NCBI GenBank assembly: GCA_965248055.1
Contig: CBDFIJ010000004.1
Span: forward strand, 2,112,001 to 2,176,000
From: Candidatus Multivoradales bacterium
GTDB taxonomy: Bacteria; Acidobacteriota; Thermoanaerobaculia; Multivoradales; JAHEKO01
Direction of reading: 5' to 3'
DNA: 64,000 nt
Shown here piece after piece: positions 48,484 to 58,285 of this stretch (position 1 is its first letter; each line of letters begins with the position of its first letter). The notes below the pieces were generated by a model. That model was not told the DNA's origin and did no database searches. It was given only the letters and a program-made list of their open reading frames with translations. Position numbers and translations under genes: made by a program.

Positions 48484-48683
48484 AAGACGGAAAGTAGCAC
48501 CGTTGGTAACGAATTGCCGAGGAACAGCCTCGTTGCTGAACAAGGAAAACGTCCGTGAATGGATTTGGTTTGGCACCCGTGATCCAACCGGAGTGTTAGG
48601 TCGGAGCCGAGCGGCAGGTTGTGATGGGCTCTGTCACACTCACTCTTTCTCTCATTGACAAACGGATGCGCCGGGGGCGAGCC

Positions 48684-48880
48684 GGCTCAATTTAGTCATC
48701 CTGAGCGACCCCGAGTCTTCGAGGGGAGTCGAAGGATCTCAGGAGATGGATTTAGGAAGCCGTCGCTGTGCGGGCGGAACTAGCTATCTCGACGGTTCCC
48801 ACATCGACGCCTCATCGTGCATCGCCGGTTTCTTGCGTCTTCCCGGGCGCTTGGACTCAACCGCTCCCAGAGCTTCGGCG
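48684..48880 (-). repeat. Duplicate of the rph 3' end plus its downstream type A REP
   Basis: Diverged direct copy of about 48965-49162; REPs at 48695-48740 and 48976-49021 are identical. Confidence 0.92.
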
Positions 48881-49065
48881 TCGATACCCAGATTAATGCA
48901 CATAGGTTGTTCGCAGAGGGTGGAGGATCTATCGCGTGAAAATAATAGAAGTTGTGACCGGGCTCGCTCAAATTAGTCATCCTGAGCGACCCCGAGTCTT
49001 CGAGGGGAGTCGAAGGATCTCAGCAGATGGATTTTGGAAGGTGTTTGCTGTGCTGGCGAAACTAG

Positions 49066-49884
49066 CTATCTCGACGGTTCCCACATCGATGCTTCATCGC
49101 GCATCGCCGGTTTCTTGCGTCTTCCCGGGCGCTTGGACTCGACCGCTTCCAGGGCTTCGGCGAGGACGCGGTTTTGCTCGGCAAACAAGGGCTTTAGGCC
49201 GAGGTCGGCGAGGTCTAACAGGCGATTGAGGGCTTCGCGGGAAAAGGTGGCGCGTTCGCCGGTACCCTGGACTTCGACCAGTTCGCCCGTAGAAGTCGCG
49301 ATGACGTTGAGGTCGACATCGGCTGCCTGATCTTCGATCGCCTCAAGATCAAGCAATTCAACCCCGTCAACGACGCCCACTGAGGTGGCCGCTATTTGGT
49401 GTTGGGCCGGCCAGCGTTTCAGGTCGCCGGTGAGGAAGGCCTTGGACAACGCTGAAATCGCGGCGACGTAGGCTCCGGTGATCGAGGCGGTACGGGTTCC
49501 CCCATCGGCCTGCAAGACATCGCAGTCGAGGGTCAGGGTCCAGCCGGGCATTTTGCTCAGGTCAACCGCTGCGCGCAAGCTGCGCCCAATCAGCCGTTGG
49601 ATCTCTGAGGTGCGCCCGCGCGGGCGACCTCTTTGAACCTCACGTGGAGATCTGCGACTGGTCGCGCGCGGCAGCATCGAGTACTCGGCGGTCATCCAAC
49701 CTGATTTCTCAGGGTCCAGAAACCGCGGCACGCTCTGTTCCAAGCTGGCGGTGACCACCACCTGGGTGTCGCCACAGTGGACCATTGCTGACCCGTCGGC
49801 AAACTTCATGGCATCGAGATCGATACGAAAGGGGCGGGGTTGATCTAGGGCCCGTCCGCCGGGCCGAGTGAAAGCGTTATTCAT
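49066..49884 (-). CDS. rph: Ribonuclease PH
   Basis: GWMTAEYSMLPRAT, GRTSEIQRLIGRSLRA, DCDVLQADGGTRTASITG, EVQGTGE. Confidence 0.97.
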   Translation of the reverse strand: MNNAFTRPGGRALDQPRPFRIDLDAMKFADGSAMVHCGDTQVVVTASLEQSVPRFLDPEKSGWMTAEYSMLPRATSRRSPREVQRGRPRGRTSEIQRLIGRSLRAAVDLSKMPGWTLTLDCDVLQADGGTRTASITGAYVAAISALSKAFLTGDLKRWPAQHQIAATSVGVVDGVELLDLEAIEDQAADVDLNVIATSTGELVEVQGTGERATFSREALNRLLDLADLGLKPLFAEQNRVLAEALEAVESKRPGRRKKPAMRDEASMWEPSR

Positions 49885-50024
49885 GGTTCGATTATGACAG
49901 TGGCTGCTGCGACGGTGTCACCTGAGATGCTCTTGCGTTGCGGCGATGGGCTTGCGTGAGTGGGATCGGGAGGTTGAACTTCCAGCCCCAGATCGGACCC
50001 TGACAGTAGGCAATATTCAACGTC

Positions 50025-50846
50025 TTACCCCACGACTTCGACTTGTTCCAGAGTCACCTGTTGATCGCCCAGTACTCGTCGCGCAATCTCCTGGAAACGG
50101 CCCGCGGTGTCGGTGGCGAAAAAACGATCCGGGAGGGTCCGTGCTGACGCCAATGTGCCTTGAGACTCCAGGTCGTTGGCGACTCGTTCCGAAACGGATT
50201 CAGCAGAGTCCACCAAGGTCACCTGGTCACCCATGATTTCGGCAATGGCCCCCTTGAGCATCGGGTAGTGGGTGCAGCCGAGCACCAAAGTGTCTACCTC
50301 GAACTCTGCTGCTTCTGAAAGATAGCGCTGCAAAACTTCCCGGGTGACCGGATCGTTGTGCCACCCGGTCTCCACCAACGGCACCAACAAAGGGCAGGCT
50401 CTGTTCCAGATATCAAGGTCGTCGCGAAAATGCTCCAAGGCTCGTTGGTAGGCTCCCGACTCAATGGTCGACTCGGTGGCAATCACCCCAACTCGGCCCC
50501 GGGTTACACGCGCCGCGGCTTCCGCGCCAGGCTCAATCACCCGCCACACCGGAACTGCCAATCTGACTTCCAGGTCGACATCCAACTCCACCGCCGAAGC
50601 GGTGTTGCAGGCGATGACGATGCCTTTTACCTCTCGGTCGGCCAAGAACTGCAAATTGCGCTCGGCGTAGCGGCGCACGGTTTCCGGTGACTTAGTGCCG
50701 TACGGCAGTCGGGCGGTGTCACCCAGGTAGAGAAACGATTCATTGGGCATGCGCTTGCGTAGCGCTGCTACCACTGTCAGTCCACCAACCCCAGAGTCGA
50801 AGACACCGATCGGCCGATGGGTCACCGAATCTGGTGATGGGGTCAT
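50025..50846 (-). CDS. murI: Glutamate racemase
   Basis: PIGVFDSGVGGLTV, GDTARLPYGTKS, IACNTASA, LVLGCTHYP. Confidence 0.97.
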   Translation of the reverse strand: MTPSPDSVTHRPIGVFDSGVGGLTVVAALRKRMPNESFLYLGDTARLPYGTKSPETVRRYAERNLQFLADREVKGIVIACNTASAVELDVDLEVRLAVPVWRVIEPGAEAAARVTRGRVGVIATESTIESGAYQRALEHFRDDLDIWNRACPLLVPLVETGWHNDPVTREVLQRYLSEAAEFEVDTLVLGCTHYPMLKGAIAEIMGDQVTLVDSAESVSERVANDLESQGTLASARTLPDRFFATDTAGRFQEIARRVLGDQQVTLEQVEVVG

Positions 50847-50868
50847 AACTTCTCTGTCACCGCTGCGG

Positions 50869-51414
50869 TCAAGGATTGGGCGCCCAAGCTTGATCCAAGC
50901 TCACTGGTCGGGTGGTGTCGAGGTGGCCACCAAAACTCTCCGGCTGACGACCGTTCCACAGAACCACCATTCGTTGGACCTCCGGTACGTTGGTAGAAAC
51001 CGAACGCAGCAAACTGGCAAACATCTCCGCTTCTTGGCGGCTACCCATTTGCGGTGGGTTGGGGTAGGTGTCGGACAACAACTCAACAGTGCAAGTACCA
51101 TCGGAATCAACGAAGACACCGTCGACCACGGTACCGGCAGGCAACGGAGCGTAGAACTGTGACCCAGTGGGCCCGCCAATCAAGGTCTCGACCACCCGCT
51201 GGGCTCGAGCGTCACCGCCCGCCGGCAAGTCTGCAACCTGGTGACTCTCTTCGGCCACCCAGCCTTGCTCAACAGGAAAGTACAGACGGATGGTTTCGGT
51301 GACGCTTTCCGTGGCGCTTGAATCAGCTCTATTGCCGGACCAGAACCACATCGCTGCGGCTAGCACGATGGCCACGGCTGCGGCCAGAAAGATCAGCATG
51401 CGCGTCTGACTCAT
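50869..51414 (-). CDS. GerMN-domain protein
   Basis: N-terminal TM, IRLYFP, VVETLIGGP, PEVQRMVVLWNG, GGHLDTTRP; between the amidase and murI. Confidence 0.85.
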   Translation of the reverse strand: MSQTRMLIFLAAAVAIVLAAAMWFWSGNRADSSATESVTETIRLYFPVEQGWVAEESHQVADLPAGGDARAQRVVETLIGGPTGSQFYAPLPAGTVVDGVFVDSDGTCTVELLSDTYPNPPQMGSRQEAEMFASLLRSVSTNVPEVQRMVVLWNGRQPESFGGHLDTTRPVSLDQAWAPNP

Positions 51415-53036
51415 GGAGTAGGCGCTTCCAAGGCCGCGGTGGCGTCGTCTTTGGTCGTGTCAGAAGCCGGCTGCGATGGTTCAGAGGGTACGTTCACCCG
51501 ATAGGCCTGGATCGCGCGTACCAGAGTGTCGACCAGACGTCGTTGATAGGTGGGATCTTGCAAATTGCGTTCTTCGTCGGGATTGCTGATGAATCCCAGC
51601 TCTACCAAAACCGCAGGCATGTTGGCCCCGCGCAGTACGCGAAACGGAGCTTGTTTGACCCCTCGATCTCGCAATCCCAGACTGGAATTGAACTCCGCCT
51701 GTACCAGCTTGGCCAAACGCTGGCTCTCGGCCAGATGATGGCTCTGCGCCAGATCCCAGAGGATGAACTCCAGGTCGTTGTTGAAGGTCTGGGTGCCAGT
51801 GTCGGCCTCGTCTTCCCGGGCCGCCAACTCCGCAGCATCTTCGTCCGACGCTTCCAAAGACAGAAAGAAAGTCTCGGCGCCGCGTGCGGTGCGGCCAAAC
51901 GAAGAGTTGACGTGCAGTGAGATAAACAAGTCCGCTTGCTCATGGTTGGCAATCGCCGTGCGGTCGGTGAGTGCTAGGTCTCGATCGTCACTGCGAGTCA
52001 GCAGAATGCGAGCTCCGGTGCCGCGCAGACGGTCCGATAGCGTTCTTGCCACTTGCAAGGTGATCGCCTTTTCCTCGACCCCAGAGCGACCCTGTGCCCC
52101 AGTGCTGGCGCCACCGTGGCCAGGATCAATGACAATCGTGAACGGGCCTCGACCTCTTTGCGGTGGTACAAAGGTCGAAGGACCTCTGTCGCCCAGCTCG
52201 CTAGTCGCCTCGCCGGGCACCAAATCGATCACCAAGCGAAACGGGGTGTCCAGGGTGTAGTGACGGACTTCGGTCTGGGCGGCCAACTGCAGAATTATCG
52301 CGCTCTCAGCAGCTCGTAGACCTTCCAAGTGGCCCCCAGAGGCATCACTGGAAAGATTCACCCGGTCGCCATAAAACGATACCGTGGCTTGTCGATCACT
52401 GGTTTCGATTCGGTAGCGGGATGGTTCGTTGAACTCAAGCACCACGGTGGTGACCTCACCAAACGAAGTCACCGAGGGACGGACCTCAAAAACCTTGCCG
52501 CCACCGCGGGTCGCGATCAGGGTTGGTGGTTGCTCCTGCCACTCAAAGTGAATACCCAAGGCGGAGAAGGTGAGATCGAGAAAATCCAGCGGTACGTGAA
52601 TGCCACCCACCGCCGATTGAGGCGGTTGGCTCAGGCGCACCATCTCTCCATTGACCGCAAGCTGGGTGCTTTCCGGCCCGAATAGATACCTTTGATCAGC
52701 GATTTTCAGTTCATGGCGCTCACCCAAAGGGCCGACCTTGAGCTCGCCACGCCAGGCCGCAACCAACGGTTCCAAGGCCACCAGTGGGCCGCGTAGCCCG
52801 CGCACATAGGGAGCCGAAAATACCCGTTCACCATCGACCACGCGGGCGGTTCTAAGTCCCAAAGCGGGCCGGGTCGTCGAGGTCGTTTGCGGTGCAGCTT
52901 CGGGGTCGTTGGCTGTTTGGCCGACGGCTGGGGTCGACAGAGCGACCCCGATTGCCGCCACGACAACAAAAGCCAAAGTGAAAGAACGCAAGTAGCGGGG
53001 AGTTGGTGCCAGGGTGAGGAGAAAAAAACGCAACAT
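51411..53036 (-). CDS. N-acetylmuramoyl-L-alanine amidase (Amidase_3) with AMIN-like domain
   Basis: PFRLVID, IVIDPGHGG, EKAITL, ADLFISLHVNS, MPAVLVELGFISN. Confidence 0.93.
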   Translation of the reverse strand: MLRFFLLTLAPTPRYLRSFTLAFVVVAAIGVALSTPAVGQTANDPEAAPQTTSTTRPALGLRTARVVDGERVFSAPYVRGLRGPLVALEPLVAAWRGELKVGPLGERHELKIADQRYLFGPESTQLAVNGEMVRLSQPPQSAVGGIHVPLDFLDLTFSALGIHFEWQEQPPTLIATRGGGKVFEVRPSVTSFGEVTTVVLEFNEPSRYRIETSDRQATVSFYGDRVNLSSDASGGHLEGLRAAESAIILQLAAQTEVRHYTLDTPFRLVIDLVPGEATSELGDRGPSTFVPPQRGRGPFTIVIDPGHGGASTGAQGRSGVEEKAITLQVARTLSDRLRGTGARILLTRSDDRDLALTDRTAIANHEQADLFISLHVNSSFGRTARGAETFFLSLEASDEDAAELAAREDEADTGTQTFNNDLEFILWDLAQSHHLAESQRLAKLVQAEFNSSLGLRDRGVKQAPFRVLRGANMPAVLVELGFISNPDEERNLQDPTYQRRLVDTLVRAIQAYRVNVPSEPSQPASDTTKDDATAALEAPTP

Positions 53037-53258
53037 AGATGAAATCGCCAGTCGAGAGATTGAAGTGAGAAATCTTCCAGAAGAGAAAATATGCAAGAAA
53101 TAGCCCCGGTAAACGGGGTAACCGAACGAGAATAGCATTCACAAGGGAGTCAATCGCCCGCTAAGACCCTTTGGCCCTTGCCGGTAAATCGCCCCTTTGC
53201 TATGGTTTGCGGCCCGGTCGCAGCCGGCTCACGAGAGCCGCTGCACCGGCCCACTCCT

Positions 53259-53334
53259 GGCCCGTTCGTCTAGTGGTTTAGGACGCCGGCCTCTCACGCC
53301 GGTAACACGGGTTCGACTCCCGTACGGGCTACCA
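53259..53334 (+). tRNA. tRNA-Glu (anticodon CTC)
   Basis: Cloverleaf: acceptor GGCCCGT/ACGGGCT, anticodon arm CCGGC-CTCTCAC-GCCGG, T-loop GTTCGAC, encoded CCA. Confidence 0.97.
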
Positions 53335-53372
53335 ATTACTCCACTTCGTTTCGTTCTTGAAACCCGTACGGG

Positions 53373-53519
53373 ATTCTGGGGCGTCACACTCTCGGTTTCA
53401 CCGTGAGTGCTCTGGCCGCGAAGCCATTACTCGTCGCCAATTGTTACCCGTCGTCCAGTTCCTGGACTCGGCATGAAATTCTGGGGCATCACACTTACGA
53501 TCGCTTCTTGAGTGCTCTG
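53373..53519 (+). repeat. Two related 42-bp hairpin-forming repeats downstream of the tRNA
   Basis: ATTCTGGGGC(G/A)TCACACT-N13-TGAGTGCTCTG at 53373-53414 and 53478-53519. Confidence 0.7.
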
Positions 53520-53982
53520 AGTCGCAGATATTAGTGTTCGGTGGCAACGTACCCTGGCTGCGGTTTCATTCCTTTTCTCTGGTCCGCTTCAGTTGGTTTT
53601 GTCACTCTTATGTCCAGAGGGCGATCCAAGTTTCGATCACCGAATTTCCGCAGGCCGACACTATTGGCTTTCATCGTTTGTCATTTCAAAACCTGAAATC
53701 GACAGGGTCTTGAAAAAATTCAAACGGTCTGAATCGGTAGTAGTACACTGAGCTCCAAGTTCACAGACGACGAGTGGGGGTTTGCAGAATTCCGCAGTCT
53801 TCAGAAAAGAGAGGGGAAAGTAATCGCCATAAGACGACCGACTACAGAAGGAAGTTGACAAGGTGCCAAATCACCAGGCTGATAACGGTAGAAGTTCAAT
53901 CTGTTGATAGATATCTACCGAGGACCGATGGCTTCCGCGTCTGCGAAAAACGAGTTTTCGGTAACACCAAGAGGAGGCATTG

Positions 53983-54348
53983 ATGAACGAGTTTGAGTTT
54001 CTTGAAGGCACTTGGGTTGAGTTTCAGCGAAAGGCAACTGCACGAAGGGTCCGAATCCATCCTTCAACCCTGCTGGCTGTGCAGAACTATCTGCTGCGCC
54101 GTGGTGTTCGCCGTGTATCGGATGCCGGCAAGGTGCAGATCGCCAGAGACATTCTGCAGGCTGTAATTGAAAAAGAGGAGCCGGACGCTGTCATAACTGC
54201 GGGCTCGATCAGCGCACATCTCGAAGATCGGTGTGAAGATCCGTTCGGAATGTGCAATACGAGCGCACTGAAGACCCTTGAACAAGAGAACGACATACTG
54301 GGCGTACAAGCTGTAGCTCGAGTCGAGAAGAAATTCTCCGATGAGTAA
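53983..54348 (+). CDS. Hypothetical small helical protein
   Basis: GAGGAGG RBS; overlaps the start of the next gene; CEDPFGMC motif. Confidence 0.75.
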   Translation: MNEFEFLEGTWVEFQRKATARRVRIHPSTLLAVQNYLLRRGVRRVSDAGKVQIARDILQAVIEKEEPDAVITAGSISAHLEDRCEDPFGMCNTSALKTLEQENDILGVQAVARVEKKFSDE

Positions 54349-55078
54349 AGACGCCGACAAACAGAGCAAGCTGTCATCCGAGGGCGTACTGGTGTTCATC
54401 AAAGAAGTGCAGGGGACCCTATTGTCTTATCTGGAGAAGGGTCTTTTTGTGGAACTCGAAGAAGAGTCCGACAAGGTACGTAAGTACCTCTCGAATGCGC
54501 TTGAAGCGTTTAACGACAAGGATTTCGTCAAGGCGAATGATTTGGCACTTGCTGCGGAAGACCATATCCACCGTGCCTACTATCGGGCCAGTTGGATCTG
54601 GCGATGCAACGTTCGATTTCGTCCGTTCATCGTTCTCTACAGTGTCTCTATTCTGCTCTTGATCTTCTACTTCGGTTGGAGCGAAGCGCCCCACCAGATC
54701 GGTCGGCTAAAGGTCGACCCCGATGGCAAGGTCTGGGGCGTGCCGTTGACGATGCTGGCCTTTGGCGCCAGTGGTGCACTTCTGCGCGTGCTCTACTGGG
54801 TTAACGTCAAAGTCGCGCGCGGCGACTTTCGACCACAGTTTCAACTTTCCAATCTGTTGGCGCCGTGGATAGGGGCACTATTCGGCGCCATCACCTTCGC
54901 TGTTGTTCAGGCTGGGCTATGGACATTTCAAGAAGGGACAAATGGTGATCTGAAGGCCGATCCTTGGGCGGCGCAGGCTCTGGCTGCATTAGCAGGGTTC
55001 AGTTGGGAGTGGGTTATCCATAACCTCACGAGGCTAATGGAGAGAGCTGGCAGCCAATCGGGTAACAAAGACAAATAA
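54341..55078 (+). CDS. Hypothetical four-TM membrane protein with N-terminal helical domain
   Basis: FGASGALLR, APWIGALFG and ALAGFSWEW hydrophobic segments. Confidence 0.8.
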   Translation: MSKDADKQSKLSSEGVLVFIKEVQGTLLSYLEKGLFVELEEESDKVRKYLSNALEAFNDKDFVKANDLALAAEDHIHRAYYRASWIWRCNVRFRPFIVLYSVSILLLIFYFGWSEAPHQIGRLKVDPDGKVWGVPLTMLAFGASGALLRVLYWVNVKVARGDFRPQFQLSNLLAPWIGALFGAITFAVVQAGLWTFQEGTNGDLKADPWAAQALAALAGFSWEWVIHNLTRLMERAGSQSGNKDK

Positions 55079-55198
55079 TCCTGTCAACGTATTCGAGTCT
55101 CGCGGATCGTATCTGCGATGGGTCTGTCAAATGCGCGTTTGAGTGCGATTCGTATAGCTTTGAATAGCCAGCAAGACTGGGTAGTCTTCCTGCCACCG

Positions 55199-55349
55199 GC
55201 TGATCAGACGTCACTCGCGAATCGGTCATCCGCTCGGCGATCCCAGGCGGTGACAGGATACGTGTCACGTCGTCTCTCCAAGAGGGATTCAGGCAGAGCG
55301 GTCGCTAACGAGGCGGAAGATTACGATGAGTATCCTGTCACCGTATTTT
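55199..55349 (+). repeat. 151-bp near-identical copy of the 3' end of the Y1-transposase element (58884-59034)
   Basis: One mismatch seen; contains its own inverted pair CGGTGACAGGATAC / GTATCCTGTCACCG. Confidence 0.93.
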
Positions 55350-55477
55350 TCTCTAAAGGTTAGACGCGGCCTTGCGTCAAATCGCCAGTTGGTCCGTTTC
55401 TGTTCAACAAGGGATCTCTCCTGGTCGGCCGTTGTTATGCTCATGGCCAAGGTGCAGACACGATAGCCAAGAAACTT

Positions 55478-56725
55478 CTACGTGGAACCGAGAGTAAGCC
55501 GATCGACAACCGCACGGAACCACTGCATTGCATCGCAAAGGGTTAGCGTGTCGTCCGGGCTGAGAAAAAAGCCATCTGTTACCTTAGGGTGGTACATCTT
55601 GTCCCGTAGCTCGATCGCACGCGTGACGGAGTTTTGACCAGGGGCCCGGAAAAGTTCGCTCGCGGAGTGTTCCGAAATCTTCTCGTAAGCCTTGATTGTG
55701 AGCTCAATCTGATCTTCTAGACCCATCTTGTTGCGCGTCGAATCAGTTGCATCTTGTACGCGCCTCTCACCACACACGCACTCTAGGTACTCCACTTCAT
55801 CGGCAGTTAAGTTCACCTCACCCCTGCTATTCGCGTACAAGACTGCCCGGCCGAGGATTGCACAAACTCCTTCGATTTCACTTAGGAATGTAACTCCGAG
55901 GATTCGGCCCCCGTGACTGAATGAACTCGACCGACCTGCCGCTCTCGTCAACTGCTCGTACTCCTTGCTCTTGGAAAGGGCCCATAGTGAGTCATGACCG
56001 AGTTCCGTTGACATGATGTGAACCAATCGGCCCGACTTCTCTTCGCTCTCCTCGATTTCGCGAAACAACTCTGCGTCGAAGAGGGCTTCGATTGCCTTGC
56101 GTTGGCTTGGGATCGCGCGCAGTGGTCGATCTACGAGCTCGTCCTTGCCTTTTGACGACCTCTCGTTGGTCTTGGCAACTGCGGCCACAACGCGGCGCTC
56201 TAGGTCGTGTACTTGAATTATCGCTCGACGAAGGACCTCGACTTCCCGATCGTCTGCAAAAAGATCCGTTAGACCCTTCGGGTGGGCTAGCTGCCGACGG
56301 GTCTGCCGTACTTGCGCAAGGAGGTCGGACAGCTCCACCTTTTCTTTTTCGGCTCTCGTGAGGCTATGGATCTCAAAAACGGCTTCAATCCCTGCGTTGA
56401 ACCGCTGGTTCATTGCGAGCCTCCGCCACTGTCGGTCTTCAGTCACCTTCCGCGAAAGGCTGGCCTTTGAGGCCCCTGTTACTGTTGCCAGCAAAGAAAG
56501 GTCGCGATTCGTGTTTGAAAGAGCTTCTATGTGGGAAGGGAAGAGACGAAAGGCAAGACGCCTCCAGCGAAAGATTTCCGCTAAGTAACTCTTATCCTTG
56601 GGCTCTGCGATGAACTGCTGATTAGCGTGCTCGATCCCATCTAGGATCCACTGCCCCTCGTGAAGAACCAGGGACATGGTCGCGCCAAGGATGTTCTTTC
56701 CGAGTTCAGTTACTCTCGTTGACAT
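55478..56725 (-). CDS. Hypothetical protein with putative C-terminal HEPN-like domain
   Basis: All-helical appearance; RxxxxH motif in AIELRDKMYHPK followed by a terminal helix ending MQWF. Confidence 0.65.
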   Translation of the reverse strand: MSTRVTELGKNILGATMSLVLHEGQWILDGIEHANQQFIAEPKDKSYLAEIFRWRRLAFRLFPSHIEALSNTNRDLSLLATVTGASKASLSRKVTEDRQWRRLAMNQRFNAGIEAVFEIHSLTRAEKEKVELSDLLAQVRQTRRQLAHPKGLTDLFADDREVEVLRRAIIQVHDLERRVVAAVAKTNERSSKGKDELVDRPLRAIPSQRKAIEALFDAELFREIEESEEKSGRLVHIMSTELGHDSLWALSKSKEYEQLTRAAGRSSSFSHGGRILGVTFLSEIEGVCAILGRAVLYANSRGEVNLTADEVEYLECVCGERRVQDATDSTRNKMGLEDQIELTIKAYEKISEHSASELFRAPGQNSVTRAIELRDKMYHPKVTDGFFLSPDDTLTLCDAMQWFRAVVDRLTLGST

Positions 56726-56829
56726 CCGTACTCGCTACGCCTGGGCCTGTCGCGGATGTAGTTCAGTGACGGTAGCCGCCTGGGCCAGAAGCTCCAGCGC
56801 AAAGCGATCGCCAGGGGTCACCACTTCAA

Positions 56830-57135
56830 TCAGCCCGCGGCAGCGCGTGGATAAACCTCAACATGAACATCAACTTGCTGGCCAAGCTTTCCGAGGATTG
56901 TTATTAATCGGTCGATGGTAAAGCGGCTGAGCTGGGCGTTGCGAATACGAACAAAGTCAGCGTGGTCAACTCCAGTGCGCGTTTGAGCTTGGCGCGTCGA
57001 GAGTTTTCCATTATCGAGAATACCGATGATTTTCGCGGCCAGTAGTGCTTTAGCCTGCTGTGTATCTGGGTTCGGTCGATCGAAGTCACGGAACACATTC
57101 CCTGAGCCGCGCACGAGTTCGAAGTTTTCCGTCAT
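56830..57135 (-). CDS. XRE-family HTH antitoxin (HigA-like)
   Basis: GSGNVFRD, KALLAAKII, ADFVRIRNAQLSRFTIDRLITIL. Confidence 0.92.
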   Translation of the reverse strand: MTENFELVRGSGNVFRDFDRPNPDTQQAKALLAAKIIGILDNGKLSTRQAQTRTGVDHADFVRIRNAQLSRFTIDRLITILGKLGQQVDVHVEVYPRAAAG

Positions 57136-57482
57136 TGTTGTAGCTCCTTTTTCAAGTGCTTGAGCCGATCCCGGATGAGCTCAATTTCTTTCTTCGGTGT
57201 TTGGATGCCCCGCGTGCTCTTCTTCTGAAACGCATGCACAACCCAAACATCTTCTCCAATCTGCAGCGCGTAAACGGCTCGGTAGGCGTCTGAACGGTAC
57301 TTCAGCGCGACCTCAAGCACTCCCGATCCGAATCCTCGCAGTGGCTTAGCAATGTCAGCCTTGCGACCCTCGGCTGCGATGGTGAGCGCTGCGAGGATTT
57401 CATCTTGCGCCCCCTTGGGGAAAGCCTCGAAGCTTTTCCTGGCTGCCTTAATCCAAGAGATAGGCCGCGTATTTCTGCTCAC
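57132..57482 (-). CDS. RelE/ParE-superfamily toxin (HigB/Gp49-like)
   Basis: RPISWIKAARK, AKPLRGFGSGVLEV, AYRAVY, VVHAFQKKS, IELIRDRLK; ATGA coupling with the antitoxin. Confidence 0.92.
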   Translation of the reverse strand: MSRNTRPISWIKAARKSFEAFPKGAQDEILAALTIAAEGRKADIAKPLRGFGSGVLEVALKYRSDAYRAVYALQIGEDVWVVHAFQKKSTRGIQTPKKEIELIRDRLKHLKKELQQ

Positions 57483-57489
57483 GCGTGAA

Positions 57490-57509
57490 TGGTGGCACAT
57501 ATGCCACCA
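57490..57509. promoter_or_regulatory. Palindromic operator upstream of the toxin-antitoxin pair
   Basis: TGGTGGCA-CATA-TGCCACCA, just downstream of a minus-strand TTGACC. Confidence 0.65.
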
Positions 57510-58051
57510 AGCGGTCAATAGTGACCTGACCCGCGCGGTTCGGTCTGCCGCAGAATATTTGTTCCTAGTGGTGGCGGGGGCTGGGTGCTTGGGGGTTGGA
57601 CTTGGTGTGCTGCGACGGTTTCTCCACGCAGCACGCGAGTTGGTTTTATGGAGGGTCCCGCTGGGCCAAGAGATCAACCCGCGAGCTGGGATATTCTGCT
57701 CTAGGCGCTCTGGCAACCAGCAAAGCCCGGGATGCCGGCGGCGCGGCAGAAAGTCGAAAAGATTACCGAAAAGAACAACGCCCTTGGTAAGGGCAACGCG
57801 AAGCGCAACGCCATCCAAGCCATCCGAAAGCTCGAATGGGAAAATCCGGAGGCCGCTAAAGCACTCGGGAAAGTTGCGGGCAAAGAAATCAGCCGAGAAT
57901 TAGCAAGCCGCAGTCGGGGATTTGGTCGCTCAGCCGTGGTCACATTGCTCAGGGGGCTGGGCTATCGAGCAAATCAAGATGAGCCTGCCAAAAGGGGCGA
58001 GAGCATTTAATCGACAATTTAGTTTTTAGTAGTCCAGGTTATCCAGGTGGT

Positions 58052-58285
58052 CTCATTCGGTCATCGCAACAGTTCAGCCAATTTTTCAGTCGGTTTCATC
58101 CATCCGAGCGTTTTTCGAGGTCGATCATTGAGCATATGAGCACATGGTCGAGATGCGCCTGGCTGTGGACCTCGAGGTCGGTTCCCTTTGGGAAGTACTG
58201 GCGCAGTAACCCGTTGGTATTCTCGTTGCTGCCTCGCTGCCATGGGCTATGTGGATCACAGAAGTAGACTTGTGGACGGTCATAG
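58052..58285 (-). pseudogene. IS30-family transposase 3' remnant
   Basis: [32 protein letters not shown], then a frameshift, then [14 protein letters not shown]. Confidence 0.9.

Noticed and set aside
57483-58010. N-terminal extension of the toxin ORF to 57818, and the 92-aa ORF 57732-58010
   Set aside because: Toxin similarity starts at 57482 behind its own operator; the 92-aa ORF has no recognisable features, so it was left uncalled
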